NCBI GenBank assembly: GCA_036172245.1 | Contig: JAYWIR010000032.1 | Coordinates: 1,984,001 to 2,048,000 of the forward strand | Direction: 5' to 3' | From: Raillietiella orientalis | Lineage: Eukaryota | DNA length: 64,000 bases | In this document: positions 1-12,629 of the stretch, in pieces | Position numbering within the stretch: position 1 is the first letter of the stretch | Layout: every line of letters begins with the position of its first letter | The notes under the pieces: model-generated | What the model saw: the letters and a program-made list of their open reading frames with translations, nothing else | The model's database searches: none | What the model was told of the DNA's origin: nothing | Position numbers and translations under genes: made by a program

Positions 1-298
1 TCATCCATCTCGTCTTTTAGGTTGCAGGTGGGCTATGGTTGTTGCGATCCCGGTCACGCCCCTTTACATCAGCGTGTTCTGGAGGCACTATTCGGGGACA
101 CCAACATGCAGGTCCGCTGTCCAGAGAAAAGCACTCTCTGGAAGGGTCGATGGGAGGAGTCGAATTTGGCGAGGTATATCTGACCCGTCAAAAGGGCCAG
201 GCTGCGGGTCGCCTTGGAGAGGGCGTGGAAGGGGGATTAATTCAACAGGATATATAGTGAGCTTCATGGATGGTGGTGAAGGTGAGTCCTCTTGGCAC

Positions 299-481
299 AC
301 TTCCTTTCCTTTAGCTCTTCCTCCTTCCTCCTCTCCTTCCTTCCTGCTCCTCCTCTTCCTCCGTTCTTCCTTCTCCTCTTTTTCCTCCTCTCTCCCCTTC
401 ATTTCCTCCTCCCTACCTTTCTTCTCCACTCCCTCCTCCATTCCTCCTTTTTCTCCCTCTCCTTCTTCTGCTCCTCCCCTC
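299..481. repeat. Pyrimidine-rich low-complexity tract (TCC/TTC-like)
   Basis: Almost purely C/T sequence; it generates the S/P/F-rich and E/K/R-rich shadow ORFs in the track. Confidence 0.9.
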
Positions 482-1130
482 GTCCTAGAAGTATGGAGAT
501 GTGGAGTGGAGTGAAAGGGCTCGGCCAACTCTTTCGAGAGTGCGTTTCAGAGTCTGAAGTACTCCAGCATCGTGAGCAAAATGGTCCACTTAAATGGGAA
601 CCTCTTTGTGGTGATGGAGTTGGGTGAGAGAGAAGACCTGAAGCAGATGATCCGCTGTCGTTCAGAGGCACCGTCAAGCTCATCTCAGAGCGTCTCACCT
701 GAGGCATCTTTAACTACTCTCTGAGCCATGCACCTTGAATCCATCTGCCACCAAGAGAACAAGCCGTCCTATGTCTTCATCTTCAACCCAAGGGTAGTCA
801 AATTTGGTGATCTCGGCCTGGGATGGGACCCCAAGAAGCAGAAGGGCTTCCTGTCGCATCCCTTCTTGGGGACGTCCTTCTGCATGAGTCCAGAGAGGCT
901 CTCCGGGAGCGAATAAGCCTTCAAGACCAACGTCTAGTGTTAGATGGATCTTCTGATCTGGATGGCATTCCCACGAGAGGAATGTGGTGGACGCCACATC
1001 CTTCTCATGTGTTTCTCAAGCGGACTCAATCTCGGTACTTGCCTTTAGAAGGTCCGCCTCACTTTCTCTCAATAGGTCACTTGTATGCCTATAGCCAGGG
1101 CACTCCTGAATCGACGTATGGAGTCTTCCG
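482..1130 (+). pseudogene. NEK7: NEK6/NEK7-like Ser/Thr kinase pseudogene, apparently intronless
   Basis: Manual translation across frameshifts gives LFRECVSESEVLQH, NLFVVMELGEREDLKQMIR, KLISERLT*GIF, MHLESICHQENKPSYVFIFNPRVVKFGDLGLGW and FLGTSFCMSPERLSGSE*AFKTNV*C. These follow the NEK6/7 order (LNIVLELADAGDLSRMI, LIPERTVWKYF, HRDIKPANVFI, VVKLGDLGLG, GTPYYMSPER, YNFKSDIW). The DLG in place of DFG is typical of NEK6/7. The HRD motif is lost and there are several stops and frameshifts. Confidence 0.85.
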
Positions 1131-2087
1131 CAATCTTCACCCGCTGGTGATACCACCAGCGTTTGTAAAGCTTTGAGGTGATCTTCTTGCACAACCAGAC
1201 CCGCAGAACTTGAGAGCTTAAGGCAGCCGCCTATCGCCAGTTTGTCTCCTCGATTATCCAGGTCAGGTATGCCGAGGCATTCCTTTGACCTGCCAGCATA
1301 CTGGTACTCATCTGCGTCCCTCTTTAGCTAGCTGGTGAATTTTCCGAAGACGAGTCGGAAGCTGCTGCTGCAGACTGTTCAATCCGACTTTTCACAACGT
1401 TACGAGTCTGGAGGATCACACACGCGTCTGGGACAGAAGGATAGCAGCTTTTTGTGGCATGCCGTTGCTGCCGCAAAGACGGCCCGCAATACGATAGGGC
1501 GGACTGTATATGAGGCGGTATTACTACGAATAAATGCAAATGGTCGGATGATATGAATCCGTTTTCTACTTCATCCCCATTTCTTCAGATACTTTCTGGT
1601 ATAGCTATTCGTATTCTCTCCTTCATGACCCTAGATAATATTTTGTACCGATATTTTGTTATCCAGACTATATGGTACCTATGATAAAATACTGTGTGCT
1701 TTCCTTTAAGCTCGGTGGACTGTCATGGAAACAGGCGCCACTTTGGAAGACGACCAGCGACTTGGCCGTTTGGGGCTGGTCTAGCAGGGATGCAAATCCT
1801 CGTTGGTCCGCCATCCTTTCATCCGACATCTGCGTTTTCTTTGAAGAAAAAGACCAAGAGAGAGTGTCTCTTTTATCGCTTTCTCTTCGATCTCTCTTTG
1901 CCTGTGTGACTGCTTTGACGCTGGGCACCCATCGCTGCTCCTCTTGGGCTGCCTGAAGGTTGTACTGAAGGTTCCGCCTGCTGCTGTGAGGCAGAGGGCT
2001 AGGAACGTCGAGGATAGGAGTATGAATTAGGGATGAACAGGAGTCAGTATAGGAGAACATTCATATTTCGGGACTGGCATTAAGGAT

Positions 2088-2120
2088 CGAAGACCAGTGA
2101 CCTGCCTTCACTGGTCTTCG
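2088..2120. other. Perfect 13-bp inverted repeat (hairpin) with a 7-nt loop
   Basis: CGAAGACCAGTGA (2088-2100), loop CCTGCCT, TCACTGGTCTTCG (2108-2120). Confidence 0.9.
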
Positions 2121-4949
2121 GTTTACAAAGCAGACGTTGCGAACAAGGGACGGACGGCATAATTTTCCCGGAGTGTTGCAGTTGACGTGGAAGTTCGCGA
2201 CCTCGGCGTTGTTGAATCAAGCATCCACGAGGTGCAGAATATTTATGGTGGCAATCTCTTGGACAGAAAATCCTGCACCACTGGGGTTCAGATCAGCGCA
2301 AGCCAGATTGGTCTCTACCCTCTTCCGTGATTGCCCCTTTTTTTTCATCACGAAAGGATTGGGAAGTCAGCTGGAAAATCTTACGTTTAGGGGGAATCGC
2401 AAAATGTGTTGAAGGCGATGCAAGGGGCTTCTGATGTAGTCGGGGTGTTGTTGGGGGTGGCTTACGCAGCTTTGGCTTCACGTAAAATCTAGGGAGAGTG
2501 AGATGTCTCGGGTGGCAACAAATAAGGTGAGGATAGAAGCGCTGGTAAAGGGACATCACAGATGGGCTATGAGCTACGTTTCTCGCTTGGCGACGACTCC
2601 GATACGCGAAACGTCTAAACAGGTCGAACTCTTTCGTCCTGAGGATAGGAAGAAGGCGTTTTGATAGGTACGCAGCACGGGAAGCGGAAATCGGCAGGAC
2701 GGATGGAAGGAGGAATGCTGAAGGTCAGCGTTAAGCGATGCGCAAATCTCTGGGAATCTCCCTCTTGAGCGGCAGAGATCAAGGAGAACGAGATGTCAGT
2801 TTGATGAGGTGGCGCGTTCCTCCGGCCGCCTTCCGGCGTCGGCATGAAAACGCTTGGTTTTCCAAATCCGTTGCCAGGGCTGCCACCGGGACGCCCGTCC
2901 CCAGTGAAGAATGCAGCGAAAGCAAACAATCTCTATGGGGGCATCTCGCTGCTGCGGAAAGGGAAGGAAATGAGGACGCGAGGGTCAGCTTTGCGATCTG
3001 ACTGTTCTGGAGGGAAAGGGTTGTCGGGAAAAGGAAATGAGCAAATGCGAGAATCAAGGACTCAAAGAGGTGTCACCGAGCTACCAAGGACCCGAGCTGC
3101 CACCCGCGGCTAGATGCTAACAGAGTTCTTGACACAGCTTCTGCTGTCAGCAGTGCAGCCCGATTTTCGGTTGCGCAAGGGGCAATCAGGGACAGAGGTC
3201 CTTTACGATCGCCGGCAATTCCGTGCTGCACCCGGGTGATAGTCACAAATCTCCTCCACGGAGTGGGACGGCGGGTGGTTACCCCGCATCCCGTCCACGA
3301 TGATGATGGTAGCAAAGATGGCTTCACATCCGCCTAAAAATCAACAGTGGCGCCTCCTGGATTGCGGGAAGAAATATAAGGATGGAGAAGGACAAAAACC
3401 TGGTGACCTTCCTTTCTGTAGCTCGCCGCCACTATGCGTTGCCCAGGAGACGATGAGCGGTTTGATCCAGGTGTTTCTCCATGCTGCAAATTTGTTTGCT
3501 TATTTTTGTTCCCATTCACTTTTCCTTTAACCCTTTCTTTACCAAGCGCGTTTTCCTTTCTTTTGCTGCACCGTCCATTTAGTCTTTTGTTGGAGCGGGA
3601 AGGCGGAGGAGACTGCCGGTCCAGAGAAGGGGAGAGAAAGATATCATCGGTAGAGGAGCCTGATGGAGGCGCCTGGGACCGCACCTGGCTCGCCATCAGC
3701 TCCCTCAGATCGAAGACGTTTGGCTATGGCCTGTCGTCGGGGATAAGGCATCTTCAGACCACCTTTTTCATCTTCCAGGAGGAGACGTTGGATGACAGGG
3801 GAGAGTGGCGCGACCTTTCCATCCTTTGGAGCACAGCCGGCAGTCCGATTCTCTCGTGAACAAGGAGACTCCTGCGTTGATACCTCGTGCATCAGGCAGC
3901 CCATGGATCAGATCGGTCACATCACATTGGTCTTGGAGGCGTACGCGCGCCCGGAGAGCCCCTCTGGACTCGTCCACACAAAGGAATGCAACAGGAAGCC
4001 TTTGTGCTTCCTAGGGCCCCGTCCAAAGACCGAGGTCACCAAAGTTGACCGCTCCTAGGTTGAAGATGAAGACGTCGGACGTACACGAGAGGAAGGACAT
4101 GAGAGGAGATCCCCGACAGGCGGTGACCGATGCAACGCAGAGCGTCATGGATCTTCCTTATCAGGGAAAGCCCGAATCCAGGGAAGAAAGAAGCAGCATC
4201 TTGCGCATCCGAACATTTTCCGGTCAGCTGCTGCGAGCACCTTAGATTTGCGGACCGACTGAATCGGTACAACCCGGTGGATCTGCGGACGCCTCCCACC
4301 AAAGGATGGCGTGTCTACCATCTCCGGAAGGCGTACCGTGCAGTGAGAATCCTTGGGACACGTCCCTAGTGGATCCTGGTTTCCTCGTTCTCAGAGATGG
4401 ATCAGTGGCTCGCAGCAGCAGCCTTCCCCAAGGACATGTCCTCAAACAACGAGCCAACAATCGGCAAAAGATACTGCTAACTGGAAGTCTGTAAATGTCC
4501 GGAGCTGATTCCAGACTCGCTGCTCCAGGAAAAAGCAGAGGCGATTCATTCGACTCCAGAGACATCTTCGAGTATTCAGTAACTAGCGCTAGAAGAGGTA
4601 AGGCGGAGGATGGGGAGATGAAGGGGGCACGCGAAGTACCGGGAGAACGAAAGATTCCGAAGAGACGAGCAAAGAAGAAGCGATGAGTTCCAACGTCCAC
4701 TATTCCTGGGATTCATGTTGGAAGCAACGGACGGGTCGCCACCCACAAAGATGGAATCCTCGACAACCACATCCTCTCTGTGAGCACTAGTGGGAGAGAA
4801 CAGAAACCCTGGCAAGATTGTGTTCGTTTCCTCGCTTCATTTCTTAGCATAAAGTTCATCCCTGTTATACATGGGACATCGCACGTGACCTTCATCATGA
4901 AAACAAACATGATGGAGCGGACAATCAGTCAAATGTCCTTCTTGACTGA

Positions 4950-5724
4950 GAAAGAGGTTGCCGGATTGCTACAGAGGGCAGAGAACTCGTCGCCCGAGCT
5001 TGACGAAATCATCTACTCCGGATAGAGGGTGGTAGATCCGGAAGCAAGACTTTTAACGGCAATCTTCAACTTGATCTTCATTTTGACCAAAGAGAAGAAA
5101 GGAACATGAAGTGCACCGGCGCTCTACCGAAACGCTCTGCAACTTTCTGCCAACCTTTAAGGACTGACGGCCGATATTCATCGGCAATGCCAGTTGTAGG
5201 CTTTATGCCAAATGTCTGTCAGCACGATTTAGGGACTGAATCCTGGAAAATAGCATCATCTGCCCTCAGCAAAAGGGCTCCTTACCATTCGGTGGCGTCT
5301 TGGATCACAACTTCGCGCCGCAAACGAGGTTGGACCACAAAGAACGATCTTCTCATGATCTTGGAATCGTCTTTGTGGACCTGACCAATGCATTTGGCAC
5401 CATTAGCCACGGCATGCTTCCGCAAACCTTGGCAGAAGCAAGAGTAGGAGATTCGTTCTTCGAAATCTTGTGCTCCCACACAACCCCGCGTACATTCAGC
5501 TGAAGTCCACGTCCTTTTCTCAGCGAGGAGTTGATCAGGGATGCCCGCTGAGTTCTCTGCTATTCATCACAGCCTTGGGGTGTATCCTCAGAGTCTTGCG
5601 GGAGAGTCAAGGTGAAGGTACCCTCCTGGCGTATGCCGACTACCCGATGCCGCCGGATAACGCTGAGGAAGATCTATTTGTCAGGGAGTTGCCGAAAATG
5701 CTTCGGTTTACGCGGACCAACTGA
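4950..5724 (+). mobile_element. Dead non-LTR retrotransposon RT fragment, R2 superfamily (NeSL/Utopia-like)
   Basis: LQRAENSSPELDEIIYSG*RVVDPEARLLTAIFNL (RT0-like), D*RPIFIGNASCRLYAKCLSARFRD*, CPQQKGSLPFGGVLDHNF, IVFVDLTNAFGTISH, GVDQGCPLSSLLF and LLAYADY (degenerate YADD). Stops and frameshifts are present, and no C-terminal RLE endonuclease is visible. Confidence 0.85.
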
Positions 5725-6299
5725 AAAGAGGAAAGGATGTTAGGATTGAAGGGTGGATCACCAGGCGCAATGAAAGCGTTCGTTGAGGGTGACAGCTCTG
5801 TCATGAGGATGGGTCGAAGACAAGAGACAGTCTGAAGAAATGGCGAGAACTCTCTACTCCATTTGCCTGTACCCCGTTGTTCTTATCGGCTGCTGCATGT
5901 CCATTGAGGCAGGTGATTCGTCCAGTGCACTCATTGCTTCTGCGGAGGATCATGTTCGGCACCACCCATTTGCCAATGCCTATATCAGAAGGAACTCAGC
6001 CCAGTGGCAGCTGGGAATTCTGAGCAGCTGATTTTATCTCTCAGAACAAAAAAAAGAATAAAAATAAAACAGAAAATCCTTGCGTTTGCAACCACCTCAA
6101 TGGTCGCCGTTACCGAAGCTGTGTCCGAGCGTCCTGTGAACTCGGGAAAGCCTCTGTAAGCATCACCTTTCCTCATGCCTCAGAAAGGAGAGTCGCAAAC
6201 TGGACGGAAACGACCACCCCCAGGACTGCACAGTGCACCTGTCATGGTTGCCATGCCTTCTTTGTTGCTAGCTTGATTTTGGAAACGAATTACCGGCTC

Positions 6300-7947
6300 C
6301 TACCCAGAATGACTCTTGGAGACGTAGCAACTCCTTTGAGAAAAGCTGGTGTTTCTTTTAAGAGCTCCTCCGTTCTTGAGAGGAGGAAGGAAAGGAGCTC
6401 TGTTGGAGAAGGGTTCTCACCTCCCACATAAAGAAGGAAGATTCTCAATGCTTGTAGTATCAGGCGTCTTCCTGGAGGCAGATCACGAGTGCACGCTGGC
6501 CGCGGCGACCTCTTTCGAGCTTCGAACACCTTCATGACCTCCCTCCTCCGCCCCTTGTTTTTTCTGTTTGTCCATTTTCCTACGAGGCGAAGCTTCGGAC
6601 TCAACGCCTGTTGAGGAACGTCCTCTGCGGGCCTGCGAGGTCGAGGATGCGCCTCAAAGACTTGGCCACTCCTCGTCAGGATGCCGGCTTAGACATCCTG
6701 ACCTTGGAGAGAATCGGGTTGCAAGTACAGTTCCGAATGCTGAGTCAAGCTGTGGACTCACCCGTCGTGTGCACCAGCGCGCCTCATCCTGCGGAAATGT
6801 GCCCGAAGCAAAGGACCGTTCTCGTTGCTGCCGACCACCCATAATAGGGTCAGGGATTCGACTTCCCCCTGAGGCAACTCGCCTCTCTAGTGGGAGCCCA
6901 GCCGTGGATCTCCTGCCGTCCAATGACCTGCCATGCGTGGTGGTAGGAGGCTGTTGAGTCCTGACCTGCGTTCCAGGGATTGTGCCCTGAAGATCTTTAT
7001 CTCCTGAGACATCTGTTGTAGGGATCTCTGAAAATGGCCATGCGGGACGCGGAAAAATGGTCGACCCTGGCCTCCACACCCCTCGCCGCAGAGCTGTCTT
7101 CCCTCAGGGTAAGCAACGACAGTAGCCGACTGGCGAGTTGGGAGTTTTCCTCCACCATAGCGGGAAAGACGGCGGCTGGAAGACGCGCGAGTTGGCGGAT
7201 GCTGCTACTTCGCTTGCCTTGACGACGGGACTCCTTTGGTGGAGCGAACTCTTGAGTGTAGCTCCCGAAGAACTTGTGGTCCCTCCCCATTGCTCGGACA
7301 CTTCTGTGTTCCCCCTCTCTTGCAAGTAGGCCGTGCTGCTCTTCCTCCACTGGGGATTCCAGTGCAACGAGCGGCGCCAACGCGTTTGCAGTGGGGTGGC
7401 ATCCCCGAACTGTGCGAGGTGCGGATGGCGGGCCGCACCTGCTTTTGTACTGCGGTGCCCTCCAGGAACTGTGGCGGAAGAGACTGGCATCAGCGCTTCT
7501 GCACCAGGCAGACACCGCCCGAGATGTGTTCTTCGAGCGGTTCTTCGAGCCGAGGTATTCTCGACGGCCCGCGGTGATCGCAACCATGGGTTGCATCTTT
7601 GCCATCGTCACGGTCCGTCACGTCCTTGAGATGACCATGCATCGAGGGGGGGTCGCCGTGATGGCAGTCGCCTGCGTGAGGACGGCTGCAAGGTGGCGTC
7701 ACCTGGAAGAAGAAGTCGACAGGAAGGTCTCCAGCTTTCAGCACGGGTTCTAAAAAGAAGGTCCCACCCTTTCTCTATCTACTTATTTGATGCCTTCTCC
7801 TTTCCGTTTCCTATTTTTAGATGTCCCGACCTGCGTGTCGGTGGGCCCTCCCTTTCAAATTCTTTTGCCTTCGGTTGGGAACCAGCGTGTGTTTCCAACT
7901 GGTTTTTTTTTATAGGAAAACGCCCCGGCATATCCCAGTAAAAAAAA
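6300..7947 (+). mobile_element. 5'-truncated, disabled Tx1/L1-clade non-LTR retrotransposon (ORF2 C-terminus, zf-RVT-like, 3'UTR, short A tail); copy A
   Basis: RSRMRLKDLATPRQDAGLDI (RT C-terminal GGLG-type motif). FQCNERRQRVCSGVASPNCARCG continues after a frameshift into PHLLLYCGALQELW (Cx2C...HLLxxC). The ORF stops at 7753, followed by a pyrimidine-rich 3'UTR and A8 at 7940-7947. Confidence 0.8.
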
Positions 7948-10559
7948 CTCTTTTCAGCTGCAATTTTACGGTGCCAATCTGCATCTTTGACCCTGGTCCC
8001 CCCCCACAGGTTCGGGGTCTTTGAGAGCACTGCATCAACCTGAAATGCAAGCGGGCGGTTCCATCATAGCGGTCTGAACTCGGCTGGGTGTACCGGAGAG
8101 AGCGTTCAAGGGCAGACAAAGGCAGGTTCCCAGGGAAGAGGTGTTTGAGAGGGTGCCAGAGGTTCCCACAGAGCTCCCCCGTGCCAAGGGATTTCATCAT
8201 CGCAAATCTTGCGCTTCCGCAGATTAAACCCTCGCATCAGATGGATGATGCTGGGACTTCTGCTGAGGTAATTTGGTAACTCATCAGCGCGCGTGAGATG
8301 TGGACAAATTGAGGACCGAAGGGGGGATGGGATCGGAGCGAACAAAAATCTCTGGAAAAGCAGTCAATTAAGCTACTCGGACGATCTTGCGAGTACCAAA
8401 CACCGAAGGTGAAGAATTCGGAACGAGCAGGCAAGGGGGCAGCTGCCTGCAGATAATTGCCCTTGGCAAGCTATCAGTTTGGGGGCAGCAGCAATGAATC
8501 ACCTTCCTCCTCTCCAGCAGAACGTTCGCAGAACGTAAACTCTTCCGCAGACTCTTTGGCGCGGCCTGCTGCTGGAAACCCTGGAAACAGGTAGTCTCTC
8601 TCGCTCCTGAAAGCTCATGAATGCCGCACGCGGAAACGCTAGGGGGAGCGATGAGATGAGCGAGGGCGGCTGCAGGCCTTGGTGAGGAGTGGTAAACTCA
8701 CCGCTGGGAGTCTGGGAAACCTGCGAGAATTCCAAGGTCGCGCCGGGGGTGGCCCATCGCCGATGGTAGCGGTAATTCCAGCATGCGGTGCACTCAGCAA
8801 GGGAAACCTGTGGGATCATTAGATACCATGTCCTTAAATGCAGTAGATTCGATCGATGGACCAAACGAATCGCGCCTAATGACCGCTTCCGGATGATGGA
8901 TCTGTGACGAAAGGGGAAAGAGGGAGGGGAGGGGGCAAAAGCGAAAGTTGAGCAAGGAAAGTCCATATTTCCTGCTGGCATCCCCTCACGGTCCCAAGTA
9001 GGTATTCGCCAAAGCAGAGAAGGCGAAGGAAGAGTTAAAGAAGTCGAATCCCTGAGCAGAAGGGAAAGGTGCCTTGGCAGCCCTGTTTTTCCGCAAAGAG
9101 GAAAATCTGCGCAAACAGACTGCTTGGGTGCATCGCCCAAACTTCTCAAAGTGCTTCAAGATGCAAACCACACTCCTGAAAAGCGGAACGCCAGAAGCTT
9201 CAGCTCGGTCACATCTTGCAAGCAGAGCGATAACAGTGGTCCAGTACGCTTGGGCTGAAAGGCACCCGGAGTGATGAAGTTCTGAAGCCAAACAGATGCA
9301 GTTTGGGATCGAGGACGGCCGCATTTTTTTAAGACTGATCCCTCTGGATTCATGGAATCCACCTGTCCTCGCAGTCTGTTCAGACATCGGCTGGACCAGG
9401 TGGAAGTGCTCACGCACCTGGAGCCACTCGGTCGGCGTCCATTCCGATTCTCGATCCATGAGATCGTCGAACAGCCCCCGACACTGCAGCCGCGCTAGGC
9501 GGATGGCAACCCTGCTTGCGCGAGCGCGTTGCCATCCACCCTGCTCAGTCCTCAGCCCCGGGTGCGCCAACACGGCGGGGCGCTCGTCCCAGAGTCGATC
9601 GAACCACGGAGCCAGGGGCGACTTTCCTGCGTGCTCAGCGGGCGTGGCTTTCTGATGGCTTCTTGGGCACTACCTGCACCACTGACGCGCTGGACCTCCG
9701 AGAGCGACCACCCTTCCGTGTCCTCATGCTCCACCCCTTCCTTCCTACCCCGCAGAGATCACCCGCTCGCGGTTGCGGCGCGACCGGGCATTCGATCCGA
9801 TGGCCGCCATGGCGGCGGCTGCCGCGTTCCGCGCCCTCCGGTGAGTCCCAGCGCGCGCTCCGTGGAGAAAAGAGCGGGATGCGGCCGCGGAGCTGAGAGA
9901 TCTCCCGTCGCAGGCTGACTTAGGCGCGACGTCACGCAATCCCCCCCCTCCCGCCACCTCCTCCGCTCTTCCTCCTCCTCCTCCTTGTTCCGCCAGAGCC
10001 GCCGCAGGTCACGCCTGGCTGCAGCGGTGGCGGCGGCTGCAAATTGAATTTTTCGAGCCGGTGGTTCCCGTTATCTCTCCGACGGTGCTCTTTGTCTTGG
10101 AGGGCAGCAGCATCGACTGCACAAAGATCTCGGGAGCGGATCGACCCGGCGCTCTCCTTCGCGCAGCCGAGCAGCGGCAGCCGCGGGCGGGAGTCGGCTC
10201 CTACGGCCACGAGGCTCTTGGGGGAGGAAGCAAAAGGACGGAGGGAGGGAGAGAGGAGGCGGAAGCGTGTGCAGCTGGCGCCGCCGCTGCGAAGAGCTCG
10301 CAAAGGTCCTGCCGCTCGCGCCTGCCCGCCGCAGGGCGCCTCCTGCCTCCCTCTTGTCCTCGGAGATTGCCTCTCGCGAGCACGGCGGGCGGAGGCTGGG
10401 CCGTGGGGACGGAGGCGACTGGCGGCAGAGGGAGCGGCAGCCGCAGGGTGCTGCTTCTCGACTCCCAAGAGGGGATGCAGACGCGAAGACGTTCCTGCAG
10501 CTGCGGTCGCAGCTGCAGGAGGAAAGACGGTCTGAATTGTCTCCTTCTTGGCAGCTTCA

Positions 10560-10835
10560 AGGGGAATGGAAGAGGGGCGATGGAGGAACGGAAGAGAAGG
10601 AGGGAGAGGAAAAATGAAGAGGCAGGACTAATGGAGAAAGAGGAGCAACAGGAGGAAAGGTCGAGGAGGAGGATAAAGGTGGGGGAAGGAAGAATGAGAA
10701 AGGAAGTATGGAGAAGGAGAGGGGGATGGTGGAAGGACAGGGAGAAAGGGGAAATGGGAGAAGGGGACGAAAGAGGAAAGGAAAATGGAGGAGGAGGAAT
10801 GGAGAATGATGAAGAGCGGCGTAGGAGAGATGGAA
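10560..10835. repeat. Purine-rich (GGA/GAA) low-complexity tract
   Basis: Nearly all G/A; inflates the 580-aa shadow ORF at 10061-11803. Confidence 0.85.
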
Positions 10836-12282
10836 GTGATTTGCCCGGTGCAGTGACCCGCGGACCCCTTTCCACGGGTTTTCTCGAGGCATGGAGGGAG
10901 GGACTCGCTGAAGGGCAAGCAAGGCAAGCCCAGGGGAAGGAAGAAACCGATGGCGGCTGCAGCTGCCTATCGTCAGCCTACATCCCCGGCACGGTTTTTC
11001 CAGCAGCCAGAAAAGAATCGAGGGCTGTCCGGCGGGGGTGGTGTGGGGTCACCTTCCATCCCCCTCGAAAAGGTCGACCCGCTCGTCCAGCGCACTCACG
11101 GGGTGGTGGCGGAAGAGAGACATCCTGGAGTTCCCGTTTGATGCTGAGGATCGTACCGGTCTGCAGCGGGGCTGCCGGCAGCAGCAGGACGGAGAGCACC
11201 CCAGCGGGTGGGACGGAGACGAAGGTGCGCAGTTCTCAGCCTGCGGAGTCCCGCTGTGGCCACGAGTCGGGAAACGCAATGAAGAGTTCCGCGATGGCGG
11301 ACCAGCTTGGAGGCTGCCTCGGAGGAAGAAATTTTTCGAATGGTGGTCCCAGCATCCCTTCGGATGTGCCACGCCTCAGGATCCTTAGGGAATGTGAGGG
11401 AGGAAAAAGACGTAGGAAGAAGTATAAAAGAAGAGGAAGAAGTAGGAGGAAGAGAACGAAGATGGCGAAGAGGAAAAAGTGCGCGAGAGGAGGAAGAAAG
11501 AATCTTGGTCGCAACAGCACACGTTTCAGACTTGACAGGGCGGTTGGCCCATCTGACGACTACACGATTGGCGTAGCACCATGGCTCCTGGAAACGGTAG
11601 CGGTACGGCAAATGCCCCTAAGCAATGTAGAGGGAAGGGCCATCGGAGGGGAACGAGTACCGCCAAAAGAAAAAACACTGCAGACTTTTTTGCCTTTTCT
11701 TTCTTTCCCCTCCTCCCCCTCCTTTGAACCCAGTCTCCCCACTCTGGAGGAGAAAGACGGAGGAGGGGAGAGCGACGGATGCCATCGGATTGCGGGCGAA
11801 TGACCTCCCAAGCACCACCTCGTGGGAAGACTCCTGCGGCGGGCACTCCGCACTCCTTCCCTCGGCCGCCGCTTCCACGCCGGTCCAGCAGCGGCGATGG
11901 CGCCCGACCTGCTCCCGGGAGGTTCATTGGATGCCGTTGAGACGAGCTGTGGCCTTCGGTGCGGCCGCCGCGCCTCCTTCCCAAGAGCGCTGTCGTGTCC
12001 GTCGTTGCCCGGGCGATGGGTAGGCAGAGGGACCGAGGATTGGAGGGCGCGCAAGCACAGAGGCGGCGGCGGCGAGGGAAGATGAGCGGCGGCGTGCGCG
12101 ACTCGCCAGAGCCGCCCGGCTCGCGCGTGCGCAGTCGCTCCGCCCTGGTTTTGCGATTTTTTTTTTTTTTCTGCTGTTGAGGGGTCTTCGTTTTGTCGCT
12201 TTCTGCTGCCCCGAAGGGGTGGCAGGCGGGGGGGAGGGGGGAGACGCAGACGCCGGGAGCTCTAGCGAAGCCGGGAGGACCA

Positions 12283-12558
12283 TCAGACGAAGACCTCGCT
12301 CTCCAAGGAGCAGCTGTCGAACCCGACGGCGGGGAAGTCGATCTGCGCAGAGGTGCCGCCGCTGCTGGCAATCGCACCTTCCGCAGCGGGAGCTCCGACG
12401 GAGCCCTTCCCGAGTAACCGGGAAGGGGATGAGACGTCCGGGAAGAACCGGCAGGGCATCCTCGGACGGCTGGCCGGGGGACCCAGGGCGTCGTGCGACC
12501 TCGAGTGGGAAAGATACTCTGCGGCAGGATCATCCCGCGAGAGGTTCCACAGGCTTCC
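12283..12558 (-). CDS. LURAP/FAM89-type leucine-repeat adaptor protein, last coding exon
   Basis: Acceptor CCCTTCCTTTCAG|GGA at 12559/12558, phase 0 after a 71-nt GT-AG intron. The frame is open, GSLWNLSRDD...FDSCSLESEVFV, ending at TGA 12285-12283 (276 nt). It is not listed as its own ORF in the track. Confidence 0.7.
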   Translation of the reverse strand, partial: GSLWNLSRDDPAAEYLSHSRSHDALGPPASRPRMPCRFFPDVSSPSRLLGKGSVGAPAAEGAIASSGGTSAQIDFPAVGFDSCSLESEVFV

Positions 12559-12629
12559 CTGAAAGGAAGGGACGCGGAACGTTTCCGCCGCCAGAGCGCG
12601 CCCGGCCGGGACTCACGCGCGCGACTCAC

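Noticed and set aside
482..5724. Alternative genetic code, because TGA/TAG recur at Trp positions in the kinase and RT
   Set aside because: Both TGA and TAG occur alongside frameshifts, as expected from TGG decay. The intact gene uses TGG for Trp and TGA as stop.
5878..5891. TGTTCTTATCGGCT resembling the U2 snRNA target of Utopia and Keno
   Set aside because: Only 14 nt with a mismatch, no further U2 similarity, and the element's 3' end is missing.
10061..11803. 580-aa ORF, and similar long ORFs at 11526-12863, 18649-20196 and 24051-25328
   Set aside because: R/G/P/A-rich shadows of GC-rich and GA-repeat DNA with no domains. Only the 12630-12863 part of the second is believed to be coding.
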